From the IMG/VR virus record IMGVR_UViG_2531839202_000008, positions 4,798-68,797 of that record: DNA of 64,000 nucleotides. One strand, given 5' to 3'. A program made the translations under genes and the position numbers. Positions 10,001-19,668 of the stretch are shown one piece after another. Position 1 is the stretch's first letter. Every line of letters starts with the position of its first letter. The DNA is from a virus. Taxonomy: Duplodnaviria > Heunggongvirae > Uroviricota > Caudoviricetes. A model generated the notes under the pieces. The model was not told the origin of the DNA and did not search any database. It saw only the letters and a list, made by a program, of their open reading frames with translations.

Positions 10001-10871
10001 CGGTGTGGGTGCGGTCCCGACTGCTGTGCCGACGGCGGCGCTCTCCGGCGGTGCGGGCGTGTCCGCTCCGCTGTCGGCGGGCGGCGGTGCGGGTGGCGGT
10101 GTCCCCGCTGGTGCGACCGCTGGCGTTGGCCCCAATGGTGAAGCGGGCTACTACCAGAGTGATCCGCGCAAGGTGCGCGACGCCGAGCAGAAGGTGGCCG
10201 ATGCCGATGACCGGGTGAAGCGCGCCGAGCAGCGGGTGGCCGAGCTGAGCAAGAAGGCCAAGGAGTCCGAGCGGATGACCGCGCAGGACAACCTGGAGAA
10301 GGCCAAGCGTGAAGCCCGCGATGCCCGAGATGACTTGGAGCAGACCAAAAAGGGCAAGTTCACCGAGACTAGGCAACCCAAGGGCGGCAATGGTATTGGC
10401 GGTGCCGGTGGCGGCGGTGACCTCGGCGGTGCGGGCGGCATCTTCGGATCGTTCCTCAAGGAGACATTCGGTCTTGACGGGTCATGGCTGCCGGACATCT
10501 CAAACTTCGGTCCCCTCAAGATGTTTGACTCATTCATGACGGCCTTCAAGGGGCCGATACAGGGTGCCATCGACGGTCAGCTCGGCATCCAGCAACCCGG
10601 CTGGACACCCGGCTCGGACTGGCAGCCGTCCTCGGCAGCCCCGGTGTCCGCTGGCGGTACCGCCGCGCCCGGTCAGGGCAACGCCCCCGGCACCGAGGGC
10701 GGTCTGAACATCGCGGGCCTGAACCTGCCCGGTTTCGCACCGCCCAACGTCGATGCCTCAATCCAGGTCACCGCGAACGGCCCCGGCGCCGACGAGATCG
10801 CCACGGCGGTCCGCCGCGCCGCACCCGACCAGCAGACGCGGCTGGGCGCTGCGATCCCGACGGGCTTCTGA
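7005..10871 (+). CDS. Tape measure protein (1288 aa) with embedded LAS-type metallopeptidase motif
   Basis: length; Ala/Gly-rich coiled-coil; HSTGNAID and HMDHLH motifs near 9.75-9.98 kb. Confidence 0.9.
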   Translation: MMADKTNIGYAMLPVALSFENITKEIASKLGIPLKAAGAKAGVDAGAAIAAGVEQAKGKVESSSAKVATALKKIEDQTGKVKVAEAQLQALRDKGVTDAGRLAAAEEKVAAAQRNLTQAENAHTNATGALRNAQVNLAKAQKDAGDAAEGAAVKFGLLSRVSGATGNALGAAASGARSLTGSLAGAAGLVGGVAAVTTTLTKALTVGLDYTRSMNTMRAVSGGTAEQMAQVGARARELGNDISLPGTSANDAAAAMTELAKGGFDVQQSMDAAKGTLQLAAAAGISAAEAATIQSNALNAFGLSADYAGKMSDILANAANASSAEITDIAYGLQAGSAVANQFGISAKDTAATLALLANNGIKSSDAGTLLKSALLHLAAPSDQASAALDALGVQAYDAQGNFVGLAALMGQLQEASKRLTPQMFQENAAIAFGSDAARLAGIGAKEGADGFNKMATAMDRSGAAADVAAARTKGLPGAVERISNAVESFSLALYDVISGPAQQWADRLAEGIGKAEDGFKAAVPYVKDFFKEIDQSGVIDLVKGAFSTLLATVTGVVTAGIAVGRFFNENKELAGGLAVILTTLLAPALAAMAVSAASAAAAMVVSGATTAGYYALVAATKAWTIAQWLLNAAMSANPISLIVIGIAALAAGLIYAYKHSETFRRIVDAAWKGIKEAASAVVDWFTNTAWPFLQRVWEGIAAGWRGLVDTAEGVWTGIRDKFNAMVDFFSNLPSAIKEKTIGMWDSIKDSFKSMVNGLIMMWNAMAAKLTFTMPDIPGVPRRGESIQPIPSLPMLAAGGVAGRTTAGRLWGPGTGTSDSIIGVDTRGYPTALVSTDEGVVKAAAMRGNGAAVVAALNAGWLPSAEYLRAMLIDGGLPRYAEGLNPGADFLRTTIMQMWPKITRIGGRRSEDGYGEHSTGNAIDVMIPDYNSPEGMALGNSVLAFLQKNASTLDVNGIIWRQTSYGYGGSFATGTGMPDRGTPTQNHMDHLHVILGKGRGVGAVPTAVPTAALSGGAGVSAPLSAGGGAGGGVPAGATAGVGPNGEAGYYQSDPRKVRDAEQKVADADDRVKRAEQRVAELSKKAKESERMTAQDNLEKAKREARDARDDLEQTKKGKFTETRQPKGGNGIGGAGGGGDLGGAGGIFGSFLKETFGLDGSWLPDISNFGPLKMFDSFMTAFKGPIQGAIDGQLGIQQPGWTPGSDWQPSSAAPVSAGGTAAPGQGNAPGTEGGLNIAGLNLPGFAPPNVDASIQVTANGPGADEIATAVRRAAPDQQTRLGAAIPTGF

Positions 10872-11938
10872 TGGCGCTACCGGCAGATACCTCCTGGGGT
10901 GCGCTTCCCGAGCGGATGCGCGCCGAGCACATCGAGTGCCGCATCATCGACACGACCGGCAACGTGTGGCACCTGTCGGGTCCCAACGCGGGCGTCGAGG
11001 GCGCCATGATCAACGGCGCCATTGACGGGCTCGGTGAGATCCCCGGCAAGGGTGTGTGGTCCGAGACCGCCAACAGCGCCCCCTACTTCGAGCGGTGGAT
11101 CGACGGCCGCCACGAGATCGCATTCCGGGCGCTATTGATCGATGATCACGCATTCGGCTGGTATGGGACGCGCCGACGGTTCATGGACGGCCTCAAGGTC
11201 GATACCCCCTCGTGGTTCACCGTCACCTCACGCCTGTACGGCGAGGTCTGGTTGCCGGTGCTGCGCGACTCGGTGCACACCATCTACGAGGACGACCCGA
11301 CCGCCGATGACACCAACTACAGCCTTCATGAGCTGGTGCTGGCGGCCTCTGGTGATCCCCGCTGGCGGCGGCCCGACCGGGTGGGCATGTGGCAATCGAC
11401 CAACGGGCAAAAGGTCGGCTCGATCCGTGTGGTCAATCGCAGTGACGTACCGATCAGGCCCTACTTCATCTGCGAAGCACCAGGGCGGATCAAGCTGCCC
11501 GATGGGCCGGCCGCTGTCATCACCGCCCCGGACGCCGAGGACCACATCGACTTTCCCGGCCTGCTGGGACTGTTCGGCTTGTCCTGGCTCACCCCGCGCG
11601 GTCTGCGTCGGCACCGCGAGCCCGAAATGGTCATCGACTTCACGCTCTACGAGGACGAGCACACTCTCATCGACACCGACCCCTGCAACCGCATTGCCAT
11701 CAGCGACAAAGACCCGGTGGACAACATCGGGTTGCAGTTCATCCGCAACTCCGAGATCGCTTCACTGATCACCGGAAACGCTGGCGAGCGCGGCCAAACC
11801 ATCATGGAGCGGCTACGCGGGCAGGGCTTCTCGGTGCCGATCCCGGCACGGTCGGAGGCCTCGCTGCCGGTCTACCACTCCCGACCAGGCGGCCGCATCT
11901 GGTGCGTGGTACCGCAAAGGTTCGACCATGCCACCTAG
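10871..11938 (+). CDS. Minor tail protein (distal tail protein position)
   Basis: TGATG coupling to tape measure; synteny. Confidence 0.55.
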   Translation: MALPADTSWGALPERMRAEHIECRIIDTTGNVWHLSGPNAGVEGAMINGAIDGLGEIPGKGVWSETANSAPYFERWIDGRHEIAFRALLIDDHAFGWYGTRRRFMDGLKVDTPSWFTVTSRLYGEVWLPVLRDSVHTIYEDDPTADDTNYSLHELVLAASGDPRWRRPDRVGMWQSTNGQKVGSIRVVNRSDVPIRPYFICEAPGRIKLPDGPAAVITAPDAEDHIDFPGLLGLFGLSWLTPRGLRRHREPEMVIDFTLYEDEHTLIDTDPCNRIAISDKDPVDNIGLQFIRNSEIASLITGNAGERGQTIMERLRGQGFSVPIPARSEASLPVYHSRPGGRIWCVVPQRFDHAT

Positions 11939-13625
11939 CGCCATGACCGGCGCGGTGATGGACCGGCTGGAGTCTCAGCGGTACGCCTACATCAACAGGC
12001 CGCCCCAAGTCCCGCTCTTTCGGGTGTGGGATAAAGACTTTCGGCTGCTGTGTCAGATCGCCGACCCCGAAGAGGCGGTCTGGGAAGAGCTCGACGACAA
12101 GGTAGGCGGCGCTCAGGTCACCATCGCCGGGCAGCGGTTCGCCTGGCTGCGCAAGCTCATCACGCGGGACATCCCGTATGACGAGAACCTGATGCTGACG
12201 GTAGACCCCGATGTCACCAACCCGCACGACTTCATGGCCCGGTGGGGTGGCTGGATCGATGACATCGACGACATCGTGGAGGCTGGTCAGCCAACTCGAA
12301 CAGTGTTGAAGTGCACTAGCTTTCGTGATCATCCGAACTTTGTCAGCGTCGCGGCCAACCCTATCTTTCCGCCGGAGGTGCAGGCGCCCAAGATTTTCAT
12401 GAACGGCGGCCCGACGGCCTGGACCTGCGCAAGTACGGCTTTTATCAACCTGTTTCGCATCTACACTCTCAACGGTTTTCACCCAATCCCACGAAACCTG
12501 TTCGCCCCCAAGACATGGCTGGAAAACCTGCATATCTTGAATTGGCCGATTCAGGTTATGCCGATGGTGCCGCTGCTGGACCAGACGCGGTGGTGCGTGC
12601 TCTCGTCGCGGTGGAAGTCGCTGGAAGAGGCGCAGGCGCCACTGCTCAAGGACGCGGGCGTGACGTGCCGCGCCTATACGTGGCTGCCCACAGATCCGGC
12701 CCCCTACACCATGTTTGGCCCAGAGCTCGCCGAACTGTTCCGCCCGAAACGGGCCTGCATCATCTTGTCCTACGAGGACAACTCGGGTGTGGGCGGTCCC
12801 ACGGGAACGCTCATCGACGGCGCTATGAACCTCATCGCAGCAACACTGGATGACTTTCTGGCATCGACGATCATTCCGCTGGACCAAGACGGCGACGGCA
12901 TCCCCGACCCGTTCATCCGCAAGTTACTCGGCGTAGCACCCAAGCCTTCCCCCTACACGTATCGGGACGCCGAACATGGCGGTATCCGTAAGTCCACCAT
13001 GTCAATTCACAAACGGCGCGCCGTCACCATCCTGACGGGCGGCAAGAGCCCGGCATGGCTCAACCAGGCCATCAGCTTCATGATCCGCTACGGCCTGGCC
13101 CAGCTTTCCCAGGTGATCAACTACGGCCTGGGCGCCTACCAGCAATACGGTGTCAACGGGCTTGACAATCTCTATCAGGGGCAGCTCGACGACGTGTTTT
13201 TGCCATTCATGCAGTGGCGCAACCCATTTGCCTCTGCCAAGGCCGGACCCTATGCCCGCAACGAGTTCATGGCCTCGGGCTCCGGATCGGCGTACACCGT
13301 CAGCTCGATACAGGCCATCGCCGACGGCGACCACAAGAACCGCGCCTATGTCTCGTTCAACCAGGACGTGGGCGATGTGGCGCCGTTCGTGATTGACAAG
13401 GATTTCGGCCTGGGACACCGAGTCAACGTCGAGCGTTCCGAGATTCTGTACACCGAGCAGGTCAAGGGCATCCGTCGCACCCTCAAGCGCGGTGAGCCTT
13501 GCCGCCCAACACTTCTCGTGGGCGATGACACTCGCGAGGAAGACGGGCTATTGCGGGCATTCCGCACCATCGGCGACGTGGCCAACTTCGCCGCAACCAT
13601 CGCATCCGCAGGAGGCATGTTCTAG
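11928..13625 (+). CDS. Minor tail protein (tail-associated, 565 aa)
   Basis: synteny; carries NSGVGGPTGTLIDGA motif also present in the small early protein at 26589. Confidence 0.55.
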   Translation: MPPSAMTGAVMDRLESQRYAYINRPPQVPLFRVWDKDFRLLCQIADPEEAVWEELDDKVGGAQVTIAGQRFAWLRKLITRDIPYDENLMLTVDPDVTNPHDFMARWGGWIDDIDDIVEAGQPTRTVLKCTSFRDHPNFVSVAANPIFPPEVQAPKIFMNGGPTAWTCASTAFINLFRIYTLNGFHPIPRNLFAPKTWLENLHILNWPIQVMPMVPLLDQTRWCVLSSRWKSLEEAQAPLLKDAGVTCRAYTWLPTDPAPYTMFGPELAELFRPKRACIILSYEDNSGVGGPTGTLIDGAMNLIAATLDDFLASTIIPLDQDGDGIPDPFIRKLLGVAPKPSPYTYRDAEHGGIRKSTMSIHKRRAVTILTGGKSPAWLNQAISFMIRYGLAQLSQVINYGLGAYQQYGVNGLDNLYQGQLDDVFLPFMQWRNPFASAKAGPYARNEFMASGSGSAYTVSSIQAIADGDHKNRAYVSFNQDVGDVAPFVIDKDFGLGHRVNVERSEILYTEQVKGIRRTLKRGEPCRPTLLVGDDTREEDGLLRAFRTIGDVANFAATIASAGGMF

Positions 13626-14068
13626 TGACCGAGGCTCAGGTCTTCCCCGAATTTCCCTATGACCGCAAGTTCACCCGCGCTGAGCTCGACGAGATAACCG
13701 ACGAAGCACGCAAGCTCGCCGACGCCATGCGCGACGGCCAGGCCCCCAACGGCGCCACACTGTGGATCGACGAGAGCATGCTCCAACTCTGGTGCGTGCA
13801 CGGCGTTTTGGCCGGTGTGCGGGTGCATCCGGATCTGGCCTACATCGTGGCCATCAAGCAGCCCGATCAGCACGCGGTATTCGAGGATTCCGTGCAGTGG
13901 GTGCTGCGCGAGGACGCCCCCGAGATCGATCCCGAACAGGACGAGGCCGAGGCCGAGCGGATTGCCACCGCACTGACGCAACGACTTCCCGACGAGGTGC
14001 GCCGTCTGGTGGCGCAGAAGATGACCGAGGCCTTCAACGAGGCGAACAAGGAGGACAGCCGTGGTTGA
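13625..14068 (+). CDS. Hypothetical protein in tail block
   Basis: GTG start overlapping previous stop; acidic 147 aa. Confidence 0.4.
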   Translation: MTEAQVFPEFPYDRKFTRAELDEITDEARKLADAMRDGQAPNGATLWIDESMLQLWCVHGVLAGVRVHPDLAYIVAIKQPDQHAVFEDSVQWVLREDAPEIDPEQDEAEAERIATALTQRLPDEVRRLVAQKMTEAFNEANKEDSRG

Positions 14069-15164
14069 CGTATTGCCCAGTGCCCCAGTCTGGCTGGGTG
14101 ATCATCGCGGATTGTTGAGGTTCTACGCCTACCAGCGCAAGCCCGGTGACCCGCCCCAAACCATCGGCACGTTCACCCTCGATTCCGAGGATGCCGTGGT
14201 GGTGCTCAACGCGCTCAAGGGCGAAAAGGGCGAGCCGGGCACCCCCTCGCCCATCATCCGTCCGCAGTGGGGCCACGGCTATTCCAGCGTCGCGGCGCTG
14301 CATGCCGGAGAGAACACCCTGACGACGCTGGACGCGGGCCGCGCGTGGTACATCAACGGCACCTGGAACATCTGGACCGGCAGCGCGTGGCGCCAGGAGC
14401 AGGGCAGCCTGGAGGGGCCTCCCGGCCCCACCCCGGACCTGTCGATGTCCGCCGAGATCGTCCCGCAGCCGGTCTCGGGGCCGTACGGCGAGATCGTGGT
14501 GGACCGCAGCGGTACCGACGAAGATCCGCACTTTCACCTCAAGATCCCCGGCATTCCCGGTCCGCAGGGCGACAACTCGACGATCCGGGGCTCGCTGGAC
14601 TACGACAACAGCGCCGACCCGCTCGATGGCCAGGGCATCGTCTTTGACATCACCAGCGGCAAGTTCAAGCCCGGCGATATGTCTCCCTACGCCGCCGAGC
14701 TGTACACGATCCCGCAGGGCGCATTCCAAAACGGCAGCTTCTCCACGGGCGAGCAGATCATCGCGCAACTGACCATCGAGGCACGCTCGACAGCCTGGTA
14801 TCCCGACGTGATGGGCCACGTGCGGTGGCGCCGCGCCATCTTGTCCTCGGCGCAGGTCCAGATCGAGGTCCGCATCGAGCCGGAGAACAGCTCACCGTCG
14901 GTGCCGGGCAACGCCCCGATCTGCGCGCTGGGGCCATTTGACCCGTCCACGCTGGACACCACGACCGTCTCGCACATCGCCCCGCACTTCTCCCACGAAG
15001 GCGACCCGATGCGCGCGGTGTCGCCCACCTCGGCGGTCGGGCGCATCCCGGCCGGCCAGGCGGTGAACGTCTATGTGATCGCCCGCCGCATCGGCGGTAA
15101 CGGTTCGTACATCATCGACGCCGAATGGTCCCAGCTGGCCCTGCGCGCCTACCCCGTGAGCTGA
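14061..15164 (+). CDS. Minor tail protein with short collagen-like Gly-X-Y stretch
   Basis: GEKGEPGTP segment; synteny. Confidence 0.5.
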   Translation: MVDVLPSAPVWLGDHRGLLRFYAYQRKPGDPPQTIGTFTLDSEDAVVVLNALKGEKGEPGTPSPIIRPQWGHGYSSVAALHAGENTLTTLDAGRAWYINGTWNIWTGSAWRQEQGSLEGPPGPTPDLSMSAEIVPQPVSGPYGEIVVDRSGTDEDPHFHLKIPGIPGPQGDNSTIRGSLDYDNSADPLDGQGIVFDITSGKFKPGDMSPYAAELYTIPQGAFQNGSFSTGEQIIAQLTIEARSTAWYPDVMGHVRWRRAILSSAQVQIEVRIEPENSSPSVPGNAPICALGPFDPSTLDTTTVSHIAPHFSHEGDPMRAVSPTSAVGRIPAGQAVNVYVIARRIGGNGSYIIDAEWSQLALRAYPVS

Positions 15165-15165
15165 C

Positions 15166-17631
15166 ATGCCCAGAGTGGTTGACCGGCGCCCGCGCCGGGT
15201 CGCGGACAAAGACCCCCTTGCCGGGCTACTGGGCTATGACCTCACCGAGGCCGCCGAGTACGCCGGTCAGGGCATCCGCGACTTCATGTTGCAGATCCGC
15301 GACACGTGGGCGCAATGGCTCAGGGACGCCACGGGTATCGACCTGACGGCCGCCAATGAGTTTTTCGATTACCTTGTCTCCGAGTTTCTTTCACGCAGCC
15401 AGCTCGACCTATCGAGCCCGCAGAAGTTCGTCGAAAGCCTCGGCGACCTACTGCGGACCGGCGCCGAGGAACTGTTTAACAACAGCGTCATCGCTATCTC
15501 GCGTATCGGCAACATCATCCAGGACTTGATCAACGGTGCGGGCGAGTTCCTGACCGCCGACAGCGTGAAAACCAACCCATTCTGGTCTTGGGATTCCGTG
15601 ATGCCCGGCTTCATCTCGGGCGGCTCAATTCGCGCGACCGCCAACGGCACACAGCAGGTCATGCGTTCAGAGCCTTTCCGGGTTTTCCCTGGCCAGACCT
15701 TAGAGCTGCGCGCCGCCTCGCAATGGACCGGCGCCGCCGCCACCGCAGGATCAAACCCGGTCAAGGTCGGATTCACCCCGTTCGATGAGGCAGGCAATCC
15801 GCTGGCCGATGTCATTCGCGGCACCTTGCAACCCTCCGGTGATCATGGCTGGCAATGGGTTCCAGTACAAGAAAAATGGCCGGTGCCCACCGGAGTCAAG
15901 TACGTCTCGCAGCTGCTCATCCTCGATAGCGGCGCAACGGCTGGAACCTTCCGATTCTCCAATGCCTCGGCGTGGGCGTCGAACCTACTCGATATCGAGC
16001 TGGTCAAGGATCTGCGCGGGATGGTCGATGCCATCGGCGGAACGGTCAACTCCGAGGCAGCCGACATTGCCGCACGCCTACAAGCGATTACCGCTGACGG
16101 CAAGATCACCGCGACCGAGATTGTCGGCCTGATTCAGCAGGCCCAAGTCTCGGGTCTGGTGATCATCCAAACGGTTCTCAATCAGATCCGCGACGTTGTC
16201 AACGGCAACGTGGTCACGCCCATCAACAATATCGTGCAGGACTTCATCGCCTGGTTTGGCTTGAATCAGAACAAGACTCAGAAGCTCACCAGCGGTGGCT
16301 ACTTGAGCACATCCGATGTAGTCGGCAATTTCGATATGAGCCGGGTCGATGATCTTGTCGATAACCTCGGCAACATCCTGTCCGGGGTCAAGGACGGCGC
16401 CGACGGCGTGGGCACCGGCACCACGGGCGCTATCGGGGACCGCATCAATCAGGCCAAGGACTCGCTACTGGCGCTGCTGGGCCTGTCTCAAGATGCGCTC
16501 AAAAGCGCTATCGCCGCACAGACCACCCTGCAAGAGCAGGAGACCGAGCAGAACACCGGCGACGGCAACAGCTACAGTTTCGTGTTCTCCGGGGCAGACG
16601 GGGCCGCGCTGAATGCGACCGATTGGACCACCGGCCCCACGCCCGGCGATATCACCATCCGGGGCGACTCGGGATATGCGGGCGTCAAGAACGGCAACCC
16701 TGACGGGTACTACTTCGCCAGCCCCAACTACACCTATGCCAGCGACGGACAGTCGGCCTCATTCGTGCTCGGCAACACCCAAAACGGAAACTACTACTCC
16801 GGGGTGTTCATTCGCTGCAACGCCGATCGCACCACCGGCGCCTACTGCCTGGCCAAAGAGGGCGAGGTCCTCGTCGGCAAGTTCACCCGCTCGGGCACCA
16901 GCTGGACGTTCGCCACACCGATGACCTTTCAAGGCGGGCTGTCATCGGTCAAACAGGGCGCCCGTATCGAAATCCGTTGCAGCGGCAACAACTTCTTTGT
17001 CCGCGTGAACGGCAAGCCGGTCACCTCAGCGACCGATGTCGCGGGCACCATCGGCGCCGGGCCGGACTATCGATACGCCATGTTCATCGAGCAGCGGGCA
17101 ACGTCGTGGTTCACCTACGACTCCTACCGCATTGCAGCATTCGCCATGTCCGATTACAGCCCCTCGGGAGGTAGTGCCACCTTGTCGAACGCGTGGAGCC
17201 TAACCCGCTCGTCCACATCGGGTTTCACCTATACCGACCCCATCACCTCAGCGGGCCTGCTACCGGCGTCGTTTTTCACCTTCACCGACTACGCCAATGG
17301 CGTCACCATCACCGACCTTGGCCGGGGCGCGGTGACCGTGGATCAAGCCGGGCTCTACAAGCTGGCCACCACGTGTCGCCCATACTCGGCCAAAGGTCCG
17401 GTGACCCCGCATTGGTGCCTGTACCGCAACGACGTTCAGGTCACCGGCGCCATCGGCCCCGGCGCCGAATTCGAAATCCTGCTCAACGCAGGCGACAAGA
17501 TCCAACCCGCCCTGATCGTCGTCGACTACGACGTGCGCTCCAACGGCTCCACCGGCTCGGAAACCGTTGTCTCGCGCACCATCACCCAAGTGTTCGGCGT
17601 GGCCTCCTTCACCGGCCGAAAACTCATCTAA
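15166..17631 (+). CDS. Minor tail protein (821 aa, fibre/receptor-binding candidate)
   Basis: size; Gly/Ser/Thr-rich beta-type sequence; synteny. Confidence 0.55.
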   Translation: MPRVVDRRPRRVADKDPLAGLLGYDLTEAAEYAGQGIRDFMLQIRDTWAQWLRDATGIDLTAANEFFDYLVSEFLSRSQLDLSSPQKFVESLGDLLRTGAEELFNNSVIAISRIGNIIQDLINGAGEFLTADSVKTNPFWSWDSVMPGFISGGSIRATANGTQQVMRSEPFRVFPGQTLELRAASQWTGAAATAGSNPVKVGFTPFDEAGNPLADVIRGTLQPSGDHGWQWVPVQEKWPVPTGVKYVSQLLILDSGATAGTFRFSNASAWASNLLDIELVKDLRGMVDAIGGTVNSEAADIAARLQAITADGKITATEIVGLIQQAQVSGLVIIQTVLNQIRDVVNGNVVTPINNIVQDFIAWFGLNQNKTQKLTSGGYLSTSDVVGNFDMSRVDDLVDNLGNILSGVKDGADGVGTGTTGAIGDRINQAKDSLLALLGLSQDALKSAIAAQTTLQEQETEQNTGDGNSYSFVFSGADGAALNATDWTTGPTPGDITIRGDSGYAGVKNGNPDGYYFASPNYTYASDGQSASFVLGNTQNGNYYSGVFIRCNADRTTGAYCLAKEGEVLVGKFTRSGTSWTFATPMTFQGGLSSVKQGARIEIRCSGNNFFVRVNGKPVTSATDVAGTIGAGPDYRYAMFIEQRATSWFTYDSYRIAAFAMSDYSPSGGSATLSNAWSLTRSSTSGFTYTDPITSAGLLPASFFTFTDYANGVTITDLGRGAVTVDQAGLYKLATTCRPYSAKGPVTPHWCLYRNDVQVTGAIGPGAEFEILLNAGDKIQPALIVVDYDVRSNGSTGSETVVSRTITQVFGVASFTGRKLI

Positions 17632-17656
17632 CCCCACACCACAGGAGAACTCACCC

Positions 17657-17962
17657 ATGACCACACCGCAAGCACCCACCGCAGAGGACACCGAGGCTCT
17701 AATAGACCCCCCGGCGCCCTCACCCACCCCGGATCCACCCGCGCCAGAACTGTCGCAGGAACCGTCCACGGCACCGCAGACCCCGCAGATGCCCGAGCCG
17801 GGCACCACATTCACCATGCCCGAGCTACCCGGAATCACGTTCACGGTAGTGCGCGGTGGCCTCAACGACGAGGGTAAAACCAACCCCGCCAACTGGATTG
17901 CAATCACCGGTACCGACGACGACGGAAACATGGTCTTCCGGGCGGGGTTCGCAGGCCCCTAA
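17657..17962 (+). CDS. Pro/Thr-rich hypothetical protein
   Basis: SD AGGAGAA 6 nt upstream of ATG. Confidence 0.45.
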   Translation: MTTPQAPTAEDTEALIDPPAPSPTPDPPAPELSQEPSTAPQTPQMPEPGTTFTMPELPGITFTVVRGGLNDEGKTNPANWIAITGTDDDGNMVFRAGFAGP

Positions 17963-19117
17963 ATGCCCTGGTCTACAGACCCGAGCATCGCCCCTGGCCG
18001 CTCGGGCGGTAAGTGGTACCCGAACCCGCACGTACCGGCACCGGCGCCGACTGGCCGGTGGCACGCGGTAATCGGACTCGATAGCGCACTGGCGGTGATG
18101 TGCGTCGGGCACGTCGAGCTAGTAGCCTTGCAAGCCCTCGGCGTGGTGCTGTCGGTGCACGCCGATCGCGCGCTGGCATTGACGGCGGTCTACCAGCTGG
18201 CGACCAAGCGGCCAGTGTTGGTGACCCGCGATCTGCAACTACAGGCCACGTTCCAACAGGACCTCGCGCTGGCGCTGACCATGGAGCGGGCACTGTTCCT
18301 GGCCAAAGTGATCGGCGCGGACCTCAGTAGCGCACTGGAGATGACCGGCACCATCGGTTTGCAACGGGTGGCCGCGATCGATCTGACGCGCAACCTCACC
18401 GCGCCCCGCTCGATCAGTTTCGACAAGCTGCTGCCCGTTGGGCTCACACGCACCGTGGCGATGTCCTCGGCCCTGGTGACCGAACGCGTCGCCAAGATCG
18501 ACGCCGCCCTGTCGGTAACCATGACGCGGGCATGCAGCCTCGGCTATCCGCCAGGCGGGCTGCCCACGCTGGCCACCTACACCACGGCCGGGGCGTTCAC
18601 CCACAACATCGTGCGCAACGCCGACTACATGGACTGCGTTGGATGCGGCGCCGGGGGAGGCGGGGGCGGCGGTGACGGCGGTCTAGGCAGCACAGGACAA
18701 GGCGGACGCAAGGGCGGATGGAACAACGCCACCGTAGCCCGCAACATCGATCTGCCTGGATCGGCGCTGACGATCACCGGCACCGTGGGCGCGCCGGGAA
18801 CTGCGGGCGCCAAAGAGAAAGACGGCGGGCCGGGCGGTGACACCACGTTCTTGGTCAACGGAATCACCACAACGTGTGCCGGTGGGGCGGGCGGTAAAGG
18901 CGCCTACGCGGGAAACGGACTGAACCAGCCCGGCGAGGCTGCGGGCAACACCACCGTCAACGGACAGCCCTACAGCGGCGGCGCGCAAGCGGGCACCAAC
19001 ACCAACGGCAACTCACCCGGAGGCGGCGGCGGCCCCGGCTCGGGCGGCGCTTTCGGCTTCGCCAACCCCGGCCGCGTCGGCGGAACGGGCATAGCACATA
19101 TCCGGTCGTATCAATAG
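17963..19117 (+). CDS. Minor tail protein with Gly-rich C-terminal domain
   Basis: GGGGGDGG and GGxGG runs typical of actinophage minor tail proteins. Confidence 0.55.
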   Translation: MPWSTDPSIAPGRSGGKWYPNPHVPAPAPTGRWHAVIGLDSALAVMCVGHVELVALQALGVVLSVHADRALALTAVYQLATKRPVLVTRDLQLQATFQQDLALALTMERALFLAKVIGADLSSALEMTGTIGLQRVAAIDLTRNLTAPRSISFDKLLPVGLTRTVAMSSALVTERVAKIDAALSVTMTRACSLGYPPGGLPTLATYTTAGAFTHNIVRNADYMDCVGCGAGGGGGGGDGGLGSTGQGGRKGGWNNATVARNIDLPGSALTITGTVGAPGTAGAKEKDGGPGGDTTFLVNGITTTCAGGAGGKGAYAGNGLNQPGEAAGNTTVNGQPYSGGAQAGTNTNGNSPGGGGGPGSGGAFGFANPGRVGGTGIAHIRSYQ

Positions 19118-19132
19118 AAAGGGAAATCCACT

Positions 19133-19525
19133 ATGGCATGGGGAATTTCGGCCTACCTGGCGAACAAACTGCTCGATCACATCTGCCGCAACGCCGCCTA
19201 CACACCACCGGCGACGGTGTACGCCAAGATGCACACCGGCGATCCCGGCGCGGCCGGAACGGCCAACGCGTCCTCGGTGCCCACCCGGTACGCCTGCGCG
19301 TTCAACGCGGCGGCATCCGGGTCGATCACCCAATCCAATACCCCCGAACACACCCTCGGCGCCACGGAAACCATTGCAGGCGTCTCATTCTGGGATACCC
19401 CCGGACCTACGGGCGGCAACTTTCTGTGGTCTTCCCAGGCGACCGCGAGCAAGTCGGGGGCTAGCGGAGACATCATCCGCATCAACAGTGACTCACTGAC
19501 CCTCGCGCCGTTGGCCACGACATGA
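19133..19525 (+). CDS. Hypothetical protein (minor tail-like)
   Basis: SD AAGGGAAA; 130 aa. Confidence 0.4.
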   Translation: MAWGISAYLANKLLDHICRNAAYTPPATVYAKMHTGDPGAAGTANASSVPTRYACAFNAAASGSITQSNTPEHTLGATETIAGVSFWDTPGPTGGNFLWSSQATASKSGASGDIIRINSDSLTLAPLATT

Positions 19526-19668
19526 TGCGCCGCCAGCTGCTCGGCGTGGGCGCGCTGTGTCTTGCCCTGTTCGCCGCCGCATTCCGCCTCGGCTGGTGGG
19601 CCTCCGACCAGCTGTCCTCCTACGCCCAAGAGATCGACCCCGGCATTGAAAGGTTGTACACACGATGA
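19522..19668 (+). CDS. Small 48-aa membrane protein, not in ORF track
   Basis: ATGA overlaps on both sides; one hydrophobic helix LLGVGALCLALFAAAF; directly upstream of lysin A. Confidence 0.4.
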   Translation: MMRRQLLGVGALCLALFAAAFRLGWWASDQLSSYAQEIDPGIERLYTR

